From contig CM039005.1 in assembly GCA_017499595.2 (NCBI GenBank), forward strand, positions 3,038,001 through 3,102,000: a DNA stretch of 64,000 nt. Reading direction: 5' to 3'. Origin of the DNA: Psilocybe cubensis (Eukaryota). Below the pieces are notes generated by a model. That model did not search any database, was not told where the DNA came from, and saw only the letters and a list, made by a program, of their open reading frames with translations. Shown in pieces: positions 50,796 through 63,587 of this stretch; position 1 is the stretch's first letter; the number at the start of each line of letters is the position of its first letter. Both the position numbers and the translations under genes were made by a program.

Positions 50796-52424
50796 TGAAG
50801 ATCGAAGTTTGTGATTGGTTATAAACTATATGTAATCCAACAAACACAAACCCCAGGGAAAGAGTAGTCCAGACTGGATAGGACGAAACCTTCTCCTAAG
50901 TTTCTTAAGGGAGGACGCTGCCTAGGATTTAAGTAGATTAGGATGGTGTGGATTGTGAAGGGTAATGAAAGCGAAATAGTAAGAAGAGGATAACCGGGTC
51001 GTCTGGGTACAATAGTAAATAAGCCTTCCGAAAATGGGATGGAACCGTGGAATTGGATGGCGGGTGTATATGGAAAGCGTGAAGAAGATGCGTAGATTGC
51101 GTATGAGAAATCAATAAATGTGAATCTTAGAGGGGTTGTCTGAAGTGAGTGGGGAACGTTCCGAGGGGAGATAAGAAGATGACTAGGAGTCGGAATGTCG
51201 TTAACGGGCTGAATCTTGAAGAATGGTGAAAGTGTCTTTAAATTGACAATCTTTCTGAAGCTTGGAATGAAGCTATACGTCGCAGGAGTATTGACTGAAT
51301 CGAGGATGAAAGACTAAGTCTGTCTCGAATGAAATCGCTCCAGATGAGTTGACGGAGGGAAAGGATGTCTTGAATACACTCCTAACGGCGATGGTTGGAA
51401 GGTGTAGAAAGAGTAGGAGCGGTGACGGATTGAATGGAGGAGAGGAAGTAGGGAAGTACTGGAGGTCTGGATAGAAGTTGGATATTCAATGCTGAGAAGA
51501 AGAGGCGTTGGATGAGGAGGATGACTGGTCTCGGATGAAATCCTCTCTTAATGGAAAGCGAGATGACTTCGGATGAATGGAAGTAAACTTGGTCTCGACG
51601 GAGGGTGGAACTGATGACTGAATTGGACTTGGGTTTGGGCTTGGCTTGAACTTGAGCTTGGAATTGAAATGAATCGATGTGGATTGACTTGAAATTGACT
51701 TGACTTAGATGAAAATTGACTTGCTTTGAAGAAAGTGGGGACTGGGTGTAACTTTCCTATCGTTTCGTGTAATTCTACTACAGCTTTTATACTAAAAGCT
51801 ACGTGAACGAAATACCAATCTAAGCTACTGAAAACCGAGTCATATACTGTACAAAGTGTCAAGAATGAGGCTACGCAAGTGTAACAATAAGCAAGAACAA
51901 TAAGACATGTCAATATCGACACGACGACAGATAAGAAATGAATAGGATGAGTAAGAAAGAAGTGTATGACGAAGGTGAATGGTAATACAGATTAGATAAA
52001 AGAAGCAAGGATGAGTCAGAAAGCATAGAAGATTGGTAAGACAAAGACAATAAAAGCGCAATAGACAATAGAAAAGATATAAATAAACACAAAAGGATGA
52101 GTAAGACAAACCAAAAATAAGTTGGAATGAGTAATCCGCAGCCTGACGCTGAGTAAGACCATTGAATTGATAAAAATAGAGTTGACAGTCCGGCTGTGCA
52201 AGGCAGTGTAGAAAGCTATGCAGTTTGATGGTTGACTGATCCGTCGCATAGCCTTGATGATCTGACGAAGTGACATGATCCGGAATAACTTGGCTTCCAT
52301 GTGACAAGTGTTGATAAGATAAGATGTGTGGATGACTTATGGAAAGAATGACTGCTTGGGTTGAGGGCGTCGTGTGTAGATCCAAAATGAACATCTCATC
52401 TCCAATCAGGATTGGGGTATGATA
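50796..52424 (-). repeat. 3' LTR (1629 bp)
   Basis: Direct repeat of 60588-62216; only four substitutions noticed by eye. Confidence 0.95.
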
Positions 52425-52482
52425 TCCGTCCCAAACTTGAGAAATCAACCGTCCCCGGTTGCGGAAGGAAGGGGGGGATAGA

Positions 52483-55400
52483 TTAGAAATCGTCCATATC
52501 GTCGCTCCATGTGTCTTCATCTTCCTCACTCTCGTGTCCAAGTTCTCTGATCATCCGGTCTAGCTGAGGTCGAGGAATGACTGAACCGTCTCGTGGAAAA
52601 TAGCGAAGAAGTCGGAAAGCAGCTACGCCTTGAGCCAGTTGCGTACCATTAAGTTCTCTAAGCACATATGATCCTCCTCGTGTCTGTCGTACAACTTCGT
52701 AAGGTCCAAGGTATCGTGGCTTGTGCTTGCGATTCATCTCCTTCTCGACTTGACTGTTCCTAACGAGGACTAGATCACCAAACTTGAAGCTTTCTTGTCG
52801 AAGACGTCGAGCAAATCGTCGTTCAAAAGTAGCTTTGGATTGAAGTCGTGATTGTTTCAGAACGTCGGCTATGTTGGCTAAGTCTTCATCTCGTTCCATG
52901 AGTTGTCGAACACGGAGAGCTAGGAGATCTTCGGAACTCATTCCTTGTCGGAATCCATCAACTAGAAATGTGGCTTCAAGGAGATCAAATGGAAGAACAG
53001 GATGAACACCATGCATGACGTAGAAAGGGGATGTGGCCAGTCTAGAGGTCGGTCGCCGCAAGCTTTGAGAATGGATTCACGGAAGTCAATGTGACCACGT
53101 TCAATAGATCCATTGGCTTTAGAGTTGTAAGGAGAAATGCGAACTTGAGGAATGCCGTACTTTTCCATCAAAAGACTGAAAGCGCCAGAGACTTCTACTC
53201 CATTGTCCGTGCGTACAATAGCAATAGCACCATATCGGCATATGACTTCTTCCCAAAAGAAAGTGGCCAGCTCTTCGGAACGTAAAGACTTGAGGGCACG
53301 TCCTTCAGGTGCACGTGATAAGTCGTCTCGGGCTAGGACTACGTATCGGAAGCGTCCAGACTTGGGCATGTACATGACGTCGACATTGATGATAGTGAAG
53401 ATAGTTGGGGTAGCTGTGATAGTGATAGGAACTTCGCTTTTCTTGGTGGATCTGATCTGACATTCATGGCAAGTAGCGAGATGATGCTTGATATCCTGAA
53501 AAAGAAATGGCCAGAAAAACCGAATGCGAATAACTCCAAACACACCGTATACTCCTCGATGTCCGAGTTCTTCATGAGCTTGAGTAAGAATGAGACGTCG
53601 CTTGTCTGGATCTAGAATAACCAAGAGTGGAGGTCTTCCTTGTCGTCGTCGATAGAGTTGATCATCTTTGAGATAGTACTGAGTAGCGCGAGCAAGGAAT
53701 CGTCGTCGGGACTGCAAATTGGGAAAAGGGGGTATAGTTTGGTCTGTAAGAAATTGAAGAATTTGTCGAAGTGTCCGTTCTTGAGAAGAAGAAGAAGCAA
53801 TAAAAGAAGGAAGCGAGATAGAGTCATACGATGGCATAGAAGAGGGAGTAAAAAGAAAAGTAGGGAAAAATTTGACCGTATTAAGAAGAGCAATATCGTC
53901 GAGCCAGTCATCGTCTTCTTGAGGTTCTTCTAACTCTTCAGAAGTTGGTTGTCGCCTTGAAAGTCCATCAGGTCCACGATGATTACCGGCCTTTACATGG
54001 ATGAGCTTGAAGTCAAAGAGAAGAATGCCTTGTATCCATCGATTCATACTAGCACTAGGCTGCAAGTCAGGCTGATTGAGCATGCCTTTGATGTACTTGG
54101 CGTCGACTTCAACGTAGAGGTTCTTGACTCCAATAAGATAGAGGCGGAATTCTCGAAGAGCACGGAAAAGACCATATAACTCAAGCTTGGGCTGACTGTA
54201 TCGTGCTTCTCGTGGATTAAGTGAGATAGAACCATAGCGGACAGGTCGTCGGATGCCTTCTTTGTCAAGCTGATAGAGAATAATACCAATAGCAATGTGA
54301 GAAGTGTCCACGGCAAGAATAACTGGGCGATCGGATGAATAGTCAATAGAAGTGAGAACAGGAGGATTGGAAATGATTTCTTTGAGAGTTTGGAAAGAGT
54401 CTTCTCGTTGTTGAGTCCAGACAAAGGGTTCGTCCTTACGATAGAGTTCTGTGAGTGGTCGGACAAGGGCTGAGTAATTTCTGATCCAAACACGCATTGT
54501 TCCGCATAGACCTAGAAAGGATCGGATGTCGTGAACAGACTTTGGTCGTGGCCAATCAGTGACTTTCTGTATCTTACTCTGATCGGGTAGTCGTCCATCC
54601 GGAGTGCATAACTGTCCAAGGATAAGAACTTTAGGCTGAGCGAGCTGAGTCTTTGGTCCAGAAAATGTAGCACCAGCACATCCCATGCGGTGCATAACTC
54701 GATGAACATCTTGAGCGTGTTCCCAGACAAATCGTCGTATTCCTGGATTTTCTGGAAGTGTTTCTGGATTGCCGTCCTCGTCTAAGTACTGTGTTGGAGG
54801 GACTTTGATAGGAACATCGTCGATAAAGACATTGGCTACGTGAGGGATCTCGTCACGAAGGATGAAAGTTGTACAGGCTTGAAATTCCGCTACTGCATTC
54901 GTATATCCCATAGGCATTGAAGTAAGTCGAAGAGGTCCAATAGGCGACTGGAATGTGGTAAGATCTCGGCTCATAGGATGGATTTTGCGTGCGTCATATC
55001 CCCAATATAAGTCAAAGACCGTGTAAATAGAATGACCAGCAAAGGGAACCACAAAGTCGTCAAGAACTGGAGGAACTCCTGCGTCGCGATAGGAAATAGA
55101 GTTAAGAATCTGCAGATCATGAACTAGACGGATAGCACCAGATGTCTTCTTCTTGACCCAGAAAATTGGAGAGCGATACGGAGCTTGGCTTGGTTCGTAT
55201 ACTCCAGCGTCTATCTTTTCACGTAAGAGACTGATAACTTGATCCTTGATGCCGGGTGGAATAGGAATATTTCGGACTACCCAGGGCTCGTGATCCTCAA
55301 CAGGAAAGATGTATGGAGAGAAGTATTCTTCAGAAAATGTTCCACGTTCGGACTGATGAAAAGCGAGTGAGCGTTCATTGAGTTTAAGAATATGAAGGAA

Positions 55401-56495
55401 AAGCTTTTCTTCTTCCGGCCATAGGAATTTGTTGGCGTTAATGTTCATTGATTGTATGCGTTCAAGAGTGAGTCTGGTTGTTGGCGTAAAGGCAGGGGGA
55501 TGGAGTGGGAGAGGTGGGAGAGATAATAAGGGATCAACAGGAATTCGTCGTATAACTTTGGCCGATTCTGGAGTAACCCGATTTATAGGTCTAACTTTCC
55601 GATCGACTCGTTTATAGGCTGTATTGGCAGAAGAGGGGGAAAGAATAGGTGATATGAATTGATTCATGGAGGCTCGGAAGGTTGATAGTGTCGATCCTGA
55701 CGCGGCAGTGAATACAAAACCAATTGTAGGATAGCTTGACGACCTTGCCGAATTAGTTCGGTTGACGGTGGGTTTAGCAGTAATATCTGAATTGAGTGAC
55801 CATGATCTCGCATAAATGCTTTGATCTATCCGAAATTTCTGTAGGTCTTGACCCATCAGAGGTAATGGAGTGGTCGTCCTTCTTATCTTGTCCGTAAGCT
55901 TGATTTTTCGCTCTTTGTGGATAAGATGAAGCCCTTTCCGATTCTGTAGGAGTTCGAGGTGTATTGGAGGCGTGATGGTGGTGTATATTGGAGATAGAGA
56001 TTCCGTATAGCATTCCTTTGGGAGGTTGCGCGTATTTCTCCAAGAACTCTGCAATAGGTGACCTGAGGATTTGTTTGCGGACTGAAGTGGTAAAGCGGGG
56101 GTGGAACAAATAAATAAAAGGGAGGAATAAATAAAGGTTAGTTTAACGACTTTTCGGTCGACGTACATACAAATGGATAAAGTGGAAAGAAAATGAAAAT
56201 AAAAGGTAAAGGAAAAGGTTGTATGGCGTGGAGTTGCCATTGAGAGTGTGAATGTGAGGAAAAGGCGCATAAAAGAAAAGTGGAGGCGTTCAAGAACTCG
56301 TTGCACAAATGAAAAATCTACATAAGTGTCCGTGAAATGGAAAAGAGAAACGCAAAATGTGGAAATAAAATGGGAGGTGGAATAAAGGCATAACGATGAG
56401 GAAGAAGAAACACCAGCAACAGCAAAGGTGACAAAGAAAAATTGAGGGGATCGGAGAACAAAGAGAGGGCGTTGAGGAAGCAAGCTGATGTCCAT
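52483..56495 (-). CDS. pol: Pol: reverse transcriptase, RNase H, integrase (deletion/frameshift near 53035)
   Basis: RT VHDLQILN, FDLYWGY, MPMGYTNA, FIDD; RNase H LAVDTS, YSQPKLE, VEVDAK; IN HHCC (AHEELGH..CHEC), INVD, RTDNG, NGSIERGH; C-terminal GPY motif in a shifted frame (52483-53061); no chromodomain seen. Confidence 0.93.
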
Positions 56496-56510
56496 GCACC
56501 GTCCAGATAG

Positions 56511-58943
56511 TCAGTACAATGTGTTGGCGTCCAAGGGATGCTCTTCCGTGTTGTCAATACAAAAGGGACTTTCTTCTCCATACTGATAGTACCATTCGTT
56601 TCCATCGTCCATATTTGAAGCTCGCGATTCGTGCATTGTGCTGGTTATTGGAAAAGGTAAAAGGGAAGAATTGTGGTCGACCTCTTTGCCATTTTGAGCG
56701 ATTCGTAGCTCTTCTTCATCCTCGTTTAATGGCTCCTTCGGACTGTCGTGGGCTACTCGCAGAGGATGTACCAAAGCTTTTGGGCCTCGATGATGCTCGT
56801 CTACATTTGCGGTGACCGTCGATGATACACGTGTTTCTTGGTGAATCATAATCGAAAGAGGCGTCTCTGGAAGAGCAGAATTTCGGGAATGAGGTTGGGG
56901 AATAGAAGAAGCGTTTTGAGAGCGAATGGATTGGGGAATAAAATGAGTCCAGGATGCTGAGTGACGTTGGCCCATTGGATAGGCACTGACTGAAGCAGAG
57001 TGGTTAGATTGAGACGAGATACCAGTGCGACTGAAGTGTAGAATAGTTGGAGTCGTCGTCAAGTTTATATGGCTGTCTCTCTGCGGATAAACATAATGGA
57101 CAAAGGCCGTTCCTGTTCGGTCAGAAACAACACAAGTAGGAGAAGAATAAGTGGCGTCGTATAGAATCCAGTCTTCAAAGCGCAAGTGGGGGTTGAGCAT
57201 TCCCATAGCCGTAAGGTGAGTATTGTCAGAAGAGAATTGAATAGCTTCTACTTCGGGTGAGCTCAATTGTTCCATTTCTGGATCGTCGTCAGCTGGTTCT
57301 TCTTCATGTGGGTTGTTATTGTCTGAAGTGTGGGATTTGATGGACGGATTGACAGATGGTGATGGTGGCTGTTCTATTTGTGGGGCCTCATGTGTGGAAT
57401 CGTAAGGTGGTGTGGAAATATGACCATAATGGGCTGTCGCATTGAATTGAGAAGTTCCCGAGTCATCTTGATACATTGAGTCATAATCGGAAGCGTAGAG
57501 ACCGTGAGAGGAGTCCTGAGTCGAGTCATGTTTGCAGTTGGAGTCAGAGAAAGAGGGTGCATCTTGTGAAGTGGATAAGTCCTCATTTGGGTTAGCAGAT
57601 TCGTCCCGATTCAGAGATTGTTGCCTAGTAAGGATAGATAACTCGATCATAGAAGGGGTAGGTGATGGATAGCGAAGGTCGTCCAATAATTCACCGGATT
57701 CTAGATCTTCTTCAATTTCACCTTCTTCGGCATCCGGATTAGCTAAGGAGAGGTCGTTGTGTGCTAACATTGTGTGGGGGGTCTTGTCGTAAATGGTATC
57801 CGTGAAGTAACGCCGGTCGTGCTGAGTATCAGGTGTCACAAGGAATTTCTGCTCACGTGTAGGATCTTTGACGTCATAGAAGGCAATGAAGGTCCCTTCG
57901 GGTCGTTCTAGAATGTCCACATAGTTGTCACGGGTCCATGGACGTCCCAAGAGTATATCAAACTGGACTTTGTCGGATACATAGCAATGAGCACGCGTCC
58001 TGACTGTACCAATATCAAGTTGAACATTTCCAACGAATCCAAGCATGTGGGATTTGCCGCCATGAATATCGACCATAACAATAGTATTCCGGCTGTCCAT
58101 CGGCAACTTGACAATCTTCTTCCAAGCCTGTTCGCTTAGAATGTTCTGCGTAGATCCACTGTCAATCAAGGCATTGAGTTCGTGACCATTACACATTAAT
58201 GTGATTCGAAGAAGGGGCTCGTGAGCGCGAAGGGATTCGACTGAATTGGTCTCGTGCATGTATTGAACAGGTACGTCCTTTTCGGCACTGCGAATGATGT
58301 CTAGAACTTCCTTATCGGAAAGCTTTAAGTTGCCGTTTGCCAATGAAGCTTTGAATTCGTCGACAGTAAGGGTCTTGCCTTTGATGCTGTTGATAAGAAG
58401 GGTCCTAAGGTCCTTTGAAACTCCAAGTAGCTCGCCGAACGTCGCATTAACGGGTTGATTAAGGCATCGTCTGAGAATGGCCATAGTGTCGACAGTTTGG
58501 GATATGTCAGAGACACGTTTCTGAGGTGCTGCACGTGGCTTGGTAACTGATTTGCCTCGTTCTAGACTAGGAGTGACATCTTCCATGATTTGATCATCAT
58601 CGGCCGGATCAAAAACCTCGTGTCGTTGGGCAGTCTCGGGATGTTCCGTTGGATTTGCCCTAATCGGGACATTGGGTTGAGCTTGTTTGACAGGAATTGA
58701 TGGATTCATTTCGGCAGAAGGTTGATTAATTGACGGGATTGGGACAGGTTGAATGGAAGTGGAGCTAGGCACATTGTTCGGCAATCCAGAGTTAGCCGGA
58801 CGTTTAAGAATAGATGGGATCTGAGAAGAATCCTTAGCTTTACTCATTTCCGCTCGCTTCCCTTTCAGATACGCGGGTTCCGGAGGTACCACAGCGTCCA
58901 TGACCTGTTTGCGTGCAGCACGTGTTCGCTTTTCAGTTGGGAT
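56511..58943 (-). CDS. Retrotransposon aspartic protease region with long acidic/low-complexity tail
   Basis: ALIDSGSTQN and FDILLGRPW motifs; same frame as gag and pol. Confidence 0.88.
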   Translation of the reverse strand: MPTEKRTRAARKQVMDAVVPPEPAYLKGKRAEMSKAKDSSQIPSILKRPANSGLPNNVPSSTSIQPVPIPSINQPSAEMNPSIPVKQAQPNVPIRANPTEHPETAQRHEVFDPADDDQIMEDVTPSLERGKSVTKPRAAPQKRVSDISQTVDTMAILRRCLNQPVNATFGELLGVSKDLRTLLINSIKGKTLTVDEFKASLANGNLKLSDKEVLDIIRSAEKDVPVQYMHETNSVESLRAHEPLLRITLMCNGHELNALIDSGSTQNILSEQAWKKIVKLPMDSRNTIVMVDIHGGKSHMLGFVGNVQLDIGTVRTRAHCYVSDKVQFDILLGRPWTRDNYVDILERPEGTFIAFYDVKDPTREQKFLVTPDTQHDRRYFTDTIYDKTPHTMLAHNDLSLANPDAEEGEIEEDLESGELLDDLRYPSPTPSMIELSILTRQQSLNRDESANPNEDLSTSQDAPSFSDSNCKHDSTQDSSHGLYASDYDSMYQDDSGTSQFNATAHYGHISTPPYDSTHEAPQIEQPPSPSVNPSIKSHTSDNNNPHEEEPADDDPEMEQLSSPEVEAIQFSSDNTHLTAMGMLNPHLRFEDWILYDATYSSPTCVVSDRTGTAFVHYVYPQRDSHINLTTTPTILHFSRTGISSQSNHSASVSAYPMGQRHSASWTHFIPQSIRSQNASSIPQPHSRNSALPETPLSIMIHQETRVSSTVTANVDEHHRGPKALVHPLRVAHDSPKEPLNEDEEELRIAQNGKEVDHNSSLLPFPITSTMHESRASNMDDGNEWYYQYGEESPFCIDNTEEHPLDANTLY

Positions 58944-60392
58944 TCAATTACCAGGACCTGCCAGCGTAAACTCAAACTCGTCTTCTCCATCCCAGGTTCC
59001 AATGTCGTCCTCTTCTTCTTCTGCAACCATGGCTCTGTAGTTCTTGAACATCTGACCATAATATGCTTCGGATATGGCTATGCTTGTGGTAGCAACTTGA
59101 GGAGGAGGAGGAGGAGGCTGTTGTTGACGAAGGACTGCTTGTGCGATTGACTCTCCATTCTGGCGAATAATGCGGGATCCATCAGGGAAGACAACTCGAT
59201 TGCTACTGTCTCTGGAGATGAGCTTGCGGTTTGTAAGATCAATGAGCGTCGGGCAGTTGTTGATTCCATGGCCTTGTTGGTGGCAACCATAGCAGATGAT
59301 CTCGGATGCGGACTGACGTGGTGCTCGTGGTGCTGGAGGTGCTGACTGACTTGCGATTGGGACTGGCTGAGCTGGCTGTGCACTTGGATTCATAATGGCC
59401 GGAGCAATGAGCATGTTAGCAAGAGCGGGTTCCAACTTGATGGCGCGAAGATAATAAATGGCGTACGAAGAATCATGGATGGTGAGCTTCGACATCTGCT
59501 TGATCAAGTTCTCCACTTTGTCGTCCTTGTGCGCTTGCTTCTCTTCCTTGTCTAGATCCTGAAAAATGCGCTTGGTCTCTTCCGGGGGATTGTATGGACG
59601 TTCACGGGCATCGCGTGTCTCAATGTTAGGAAACATCTCCTGTAAGTACTTCTTGATCTCGTCAAAGACTGATGAGCGCTCTGGATACGAATCCTTTGGA
59701 GGAATAAGAGACGTGAAGGGGCGTGCAGAAGGATTGTCAAAGATTCCAACGTCAAAGCGGTCTCGTTTAAAGATGATTTCAACTGCCTTGGTGACGTCTT
59801 CAATGGAAAAAGGTGAGGAGAGATCGATATGAGGATTAAAGACCATGATCTTGCTTTCGAGCGCAGGTCGGAGGGATTCATTGATTCCTAGCCAGAAGTA
59901 TTGATTGTATTCCGTCTTGGATATCTTGTTGTTGTTGAGAAGCCAACCAGCGATGTGAATGTATTGCTTCTGATACTCGCGGAAGTCGTCGAGAGAGCGC
60001 ATAGAAAGATTGGAGTGTTGGAAAGCGTAAGCACGAAGAGTACTCAACGTGAACTTCTGCGTTGTCCTAGCATGATCAAAGATCTTGAGCATATCAGTCT
60101 TGAGTCGTTCCCATTGCTTGGCATGGTGGCTGGGTAAACCTTCAATGATTTCTCTGCTCTCTTGGTTGCAGCATTGAACCATGTATCGTACTTTGTCATC
60201 GTCGAGAGTGACATTGTACTGATCAAAAATGCGGTCGCAGTGATCCAAGAAGTTCTTGACGTCAATGTAAGATCCAGTGAATTTTGGAGCAGCACTAGAT
60301 TTAGGAACAGGCATATCGACAGGAGTACGTTGGATGATGGTAGTAGCCATAGTGGGAGTAGAGGATGGAAGCGGATTGCCAGAATCAGTCAT
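58944..60392 (-). CDS. gag: Gag with CCHC zinc knuckle
   Basis: APKFTG..VKNFL capsid-like start; CYGCHQQGHGINNC knuckle. Confidence 0.9.
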   Translation of the reverse strand: MTDSGNPLPSSTPTMATTIIQRTPVDMPVPKSSAAPKFTGSYIDVKNFLDHCDRIFDQYNVTLDDDKVRYMVQCCNQESREIIEGLPSHHAKQWERLKTDMLKIFDHARTTQKFTLSTLRAYAFQHSNLSMRSLDDFREYQKQYIHIAGWLLNNNKISKTEYNQYFWLGINESLRPALESKIMVFNPHIDLSSPFSIEDVTKAVEIIFKRDRFDVGIFDNPSARPFTSLIPPKDSYPERSSVFDEIKKYLQEMFPNIETRDARERPYNPPEETKRIFQDLDKEEKQAHKDDKVENLIKQMSKLTIHDSSYAIYYLRAIKLEPALANMLIAPAIMNPSAQPAQPVPIASQSAPPAPRAPRQSASEIICYGCHQQGHGINNCPTLIDLTNRKLISRDSSNRVVFPDGSRIIRQNGESIAQAVLRQQQPPPPPPQVATTSIAISEAYYGQMFKNYRAMVAEEEEDDIGTWDGEDEFEFTLAGPGN

Positions 60393-60567
60393 AGCGTAAA
60401 CCAGTTACAGAGTCAGAAAGTGTCGCCTAGAATTGTTGCCTAGAGTTGCCTAGAGAATAGACCAGCGAAGCGAAGTAACCTGTAAAGAAAAAGAGTCGAA
60501 ATGGATGGAATGGAAGTGATAAAGTGGTAGATTGCTGTGTTCCTAATACAAAATCCTAATTAACCCT

Positions 60568-60585
60568 CCCTCGCGGTGGGCTCCA
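60568..60585 (-). other. Primer-binding site, probably tRNA-Lys
   Basis: TGGAGCCCACCGCGAGGG begins 2 nt inside the 5' LTR end; complement ends GGUGGGCUCCA, like eukaryotic tRNA-Lys 3' ends (tRNA identity inferred). Confidence 0.7.
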
Positions 60586-60587
60586 GA

Positions 60588-62216
60588 TGAAGATCGAAGT
60601 TTGTGATTGGTTATAAACTATATGTAATCCAACAAACACAAACCCCAGGGAAAGAGTGGTCCAGACTGGATAGGACGAAACCTTCTCCTAAGTTTCTTAA
60701 GGGAGGACGCTGCCTAGGATTTAAGTAGATTAGGATGGTGTGGATTGTGAAGGGTAATGAAAGCGAAATAGTAAGAAGAGGATAACCGGGTCGTCTGGGT
60801 ACAATAGTAAATAAGCCTTCCGAAAATGGGATGGAACCGTGGAATTGGATGGCGGGTGTATATGGAAAGCGTGAAGAAGATGCGTAGATTGCGTATGAGA
60901 AATCAATAAATGTGAATCTTAGAGGGGTTGTCTGAAGTGAGTGGGGAACGTTCCGAGGGGAGATAAGAAGATGACTAGGAGTCGGAATGTCGTTAACGGG
61001 CTGAATCTTGAAGAATGGTGAAAGTGTCTTTAAATTGACAATCTTTCTGAAGCTTGGAATGAAGCTATACGTCGCAGGAGTATTGACTGAATCGAGGATG
61101 AAAGACTAAGTCTGTCTCGAATGAAATCGCTCCAGATGAGTTGACGGAGGGAAAGGATGTCTTGAATACACTCCTAACGGCGATGGTTGGAAGGTGTAGA
61201 AAGAGTAGGAGCGGTGACGGATTGAATGGAGGAGAGGAAGTAGGGAAGTACTGGAGGTCTGGATAGAAGTTGGATATTCAATGCTGAGAAGAAGAGGCGT
61301 TGGATGAGGAGGATGACTGGTCTCGGATGAAATCCTCTCTTAATGGAAAGCGAGATGACTTCGGATGAATGGAAGTAAACTTGGTCTCGACGGAGGGTGG
61401 AACTGATGACTGAATTGGACTTGGGTTTGGGCTTGGCTTGAACTTGAGCTTGGAATTGAAATGAATCGATGTGGATTGACTTGAAATTGACTTGACTTAG
61501 ATGAAAATTGACTTGCTTTGAAGAAAGTGGGGACTGGGTGTAACTTTCCTATCGTTTCGTGTAATTCTACTACAGCTTTTATACTAAAAGCTACGTGAAC
61601 GAAATACCAATCTAAGCTACTGAAAACCGAGTCATATACTGTACAAAGTGTCAAGAATGAGGCTATGCAAGTGTAACAATAAGCAAGAACAATAAGACAT
61701 GTCAATATCGACACGACGACAGATAAGAAATGAATAGGATGAGTAAGAAAGAAGTGTATGACGAAGGTGAATGGTAATACAGATTAGATAAAAGAAGCAA
61801 GGATGAGTCAGAAAGCATAGAAGATTGGTAAGACAAAGACAATAAAAGCGCAACAGACAATAGAAAAGATATAAATAAACACAAAAGGATGAGTAAGACA
61901 AACCAAAAATAAGTTGGAATGAGTAATCCGCAGCCTGACGCTGAGTAAGACCATTGAATTGATAAAAATAGAGTTGACAGTCCGGCTGTGCAAGGCAGTG
62001 TAGAAAGCTATGCAGTTTGATGGTTGACTGATCCGTCGCATAGCCTTGATGATCTGACGAAGTGACATGATCCGGAATAACGTGGCTTCCATGTGACAAG
62101 TGTTGATAAGATAAGATGTGTGGATGACTTATGGAAAGAATGACTGCTTGGGTTGAGGGCGTCGTGTGTAGATCCAAAATGAACATCTCATCTCCAATCA
62201 GGATTGGGGTATGATA
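60588..62216 (-). repeat. 5' LTR (1629 bp)
   Basis: Element-strand termini TATCATACCCC...GATCTTCA; followed by the PBS. Confidence 0.95.
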
Positions 62217-62526
62217 GCATGCCTTGGCTGTATTGGCAAATTATTTGATTTGAGCGGTAGATATGGAGGATAACTCTGCAAATCTATCAAAAACATACTC
62301 ATTTCAATAGATCCTCGGATTTATTTAGAAAAAAGGAGTGCTAAAGTACATATTTCTGCCATGTTTGTATCAAAGTAAGGTCATTCTATGCATTGATGTG
62401 TAGAAAAAGTCAAGGTCTCTCAAAATTTGTTCATTTTTAATCGTTGTGCTCGGGGAATTGTTCAATTTTTTCGCTGCTGTGCTTTCTAAAAAACCTCTCT
62501 TATATTCAGCTAGTGTCGTCGATCCA

Positions 62527-63587
62527 ATGCCAAACCCTGGAATATTCAAAGGTGCTCGCAAAGAATTTTTGCTTACACAAAAGGGCATATACGCAGATGC
62601 TGTCAAGAACGGGCATGTCGCTGAGACGCTGATGACTATCCAACGTCGGTATTTCAAGCGATTCCCCGTCGAAATGCCTCTCGACCAAGAACCAACTTCA
62701 GAGGCTCTGGCGGCAGTAAATGATGACGCCCCCGATGAAGACATTGTGGAACCGGACCGGGACTTGTTATCCGAAGACGAGTATAATGCGCAGATGGCTG
62801 CTTTCAAGTCTAGGCAGACTGTGCTTGTTGTTCGAAAAGGAGTAAGATTCATTCAAAACAATAAATTCATGTCTGTTGATAACATTTTAATGAAGCAATT
62901 GAGACGATGGTTTGCCTACCAGTATGCCCGTGAAAATGGTTCCAAGATGAACGCCAACATTACTCTGCTCGCCGGTCTTCTTCAACGAATTTATAATCCG
63001 GGTCAGGAATCACAGCGTCCTCGACTCAAAGCTCCAGTTAATGTGTGGAGAAAGTCTCAGCGTGAGGCAATTGATAAGGCCTATGAGGACGAAGTTGCGC
63101 GTGCTAAAGAGCAAGGAGAGACCAGGGCAAAGGCAAACAAGGCAGCGGATCGAGATAGGATTGCCAGATCCATGTTTCAAGCCCTTCCGATTGGCGAGCA
63201 GGCCTACTGGAAGAAAGTGGCTCAAGAAGAACACGATGCTGCGATGGCAAAGTTCAAAGCCGAATCATCAGGCGCTCCCCCTTCAACTGATCCAAGAGAG
63301 CGTCAGAGGTATACATTATTGTAAAATCTTGAACATATTTGCTAATTTGTAAACGTAGATCGATTCAAAGTTTGCCTCAGATTCTTCAGCCTATCTTGGA
63401 TGCGATATGTGCCGCAACGGGATGGAAAGCTACGCTCATCGCTGGGGGTCCAGAACCTGCGAGAGGAGGTCATTTGAGTGTGATTAGGTAGGCAGTTCTT
63501 CTTTGTTTGCTTAGTTGTAAACCTTTACTCACGAGTCACTTCAATGTATGTGCCTAGTTTACATTCAGGGGTGACGTCGGGGGACGT
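62527..63587 (+). pseudogene. KDZ-associated HMG-box-like protein gene, interrupted by an LTR
   Basis: MPNPGIFKGARKEFL..IQRRYFKRFP..LRRWFAY..VNVWRK..DRIARSMFQALPIGEQAYWKKVAQEEH..AMAKF (HMG-like helix 3), then LQPILD..TGW..TLIAGGPEP; cut at 63588. Confidence 0.7.

Larger units (their letters stand above)
50796..62216 (-). mobile_element. Ty3/gypsy LTR retrotransposon, full length (11,421 bp), integrase defective
   Basis: Two 1629-bp LTRs, PBS, gag-PR-RT-RH-IN order; 4-bp TSD GCGT (50792-50795) / GCAT (62217-62220) with one mismatch. Confidence 0.95.

Noticed and set aside
51548-52541. Hydrophobic ORFs repeated at 61340-62186 and 63712-63996 (possible env or membrane gene)
   Set aside because: They lie in pyrimidine-rich LTR sequence and recur only because the LTR does; no motif support.
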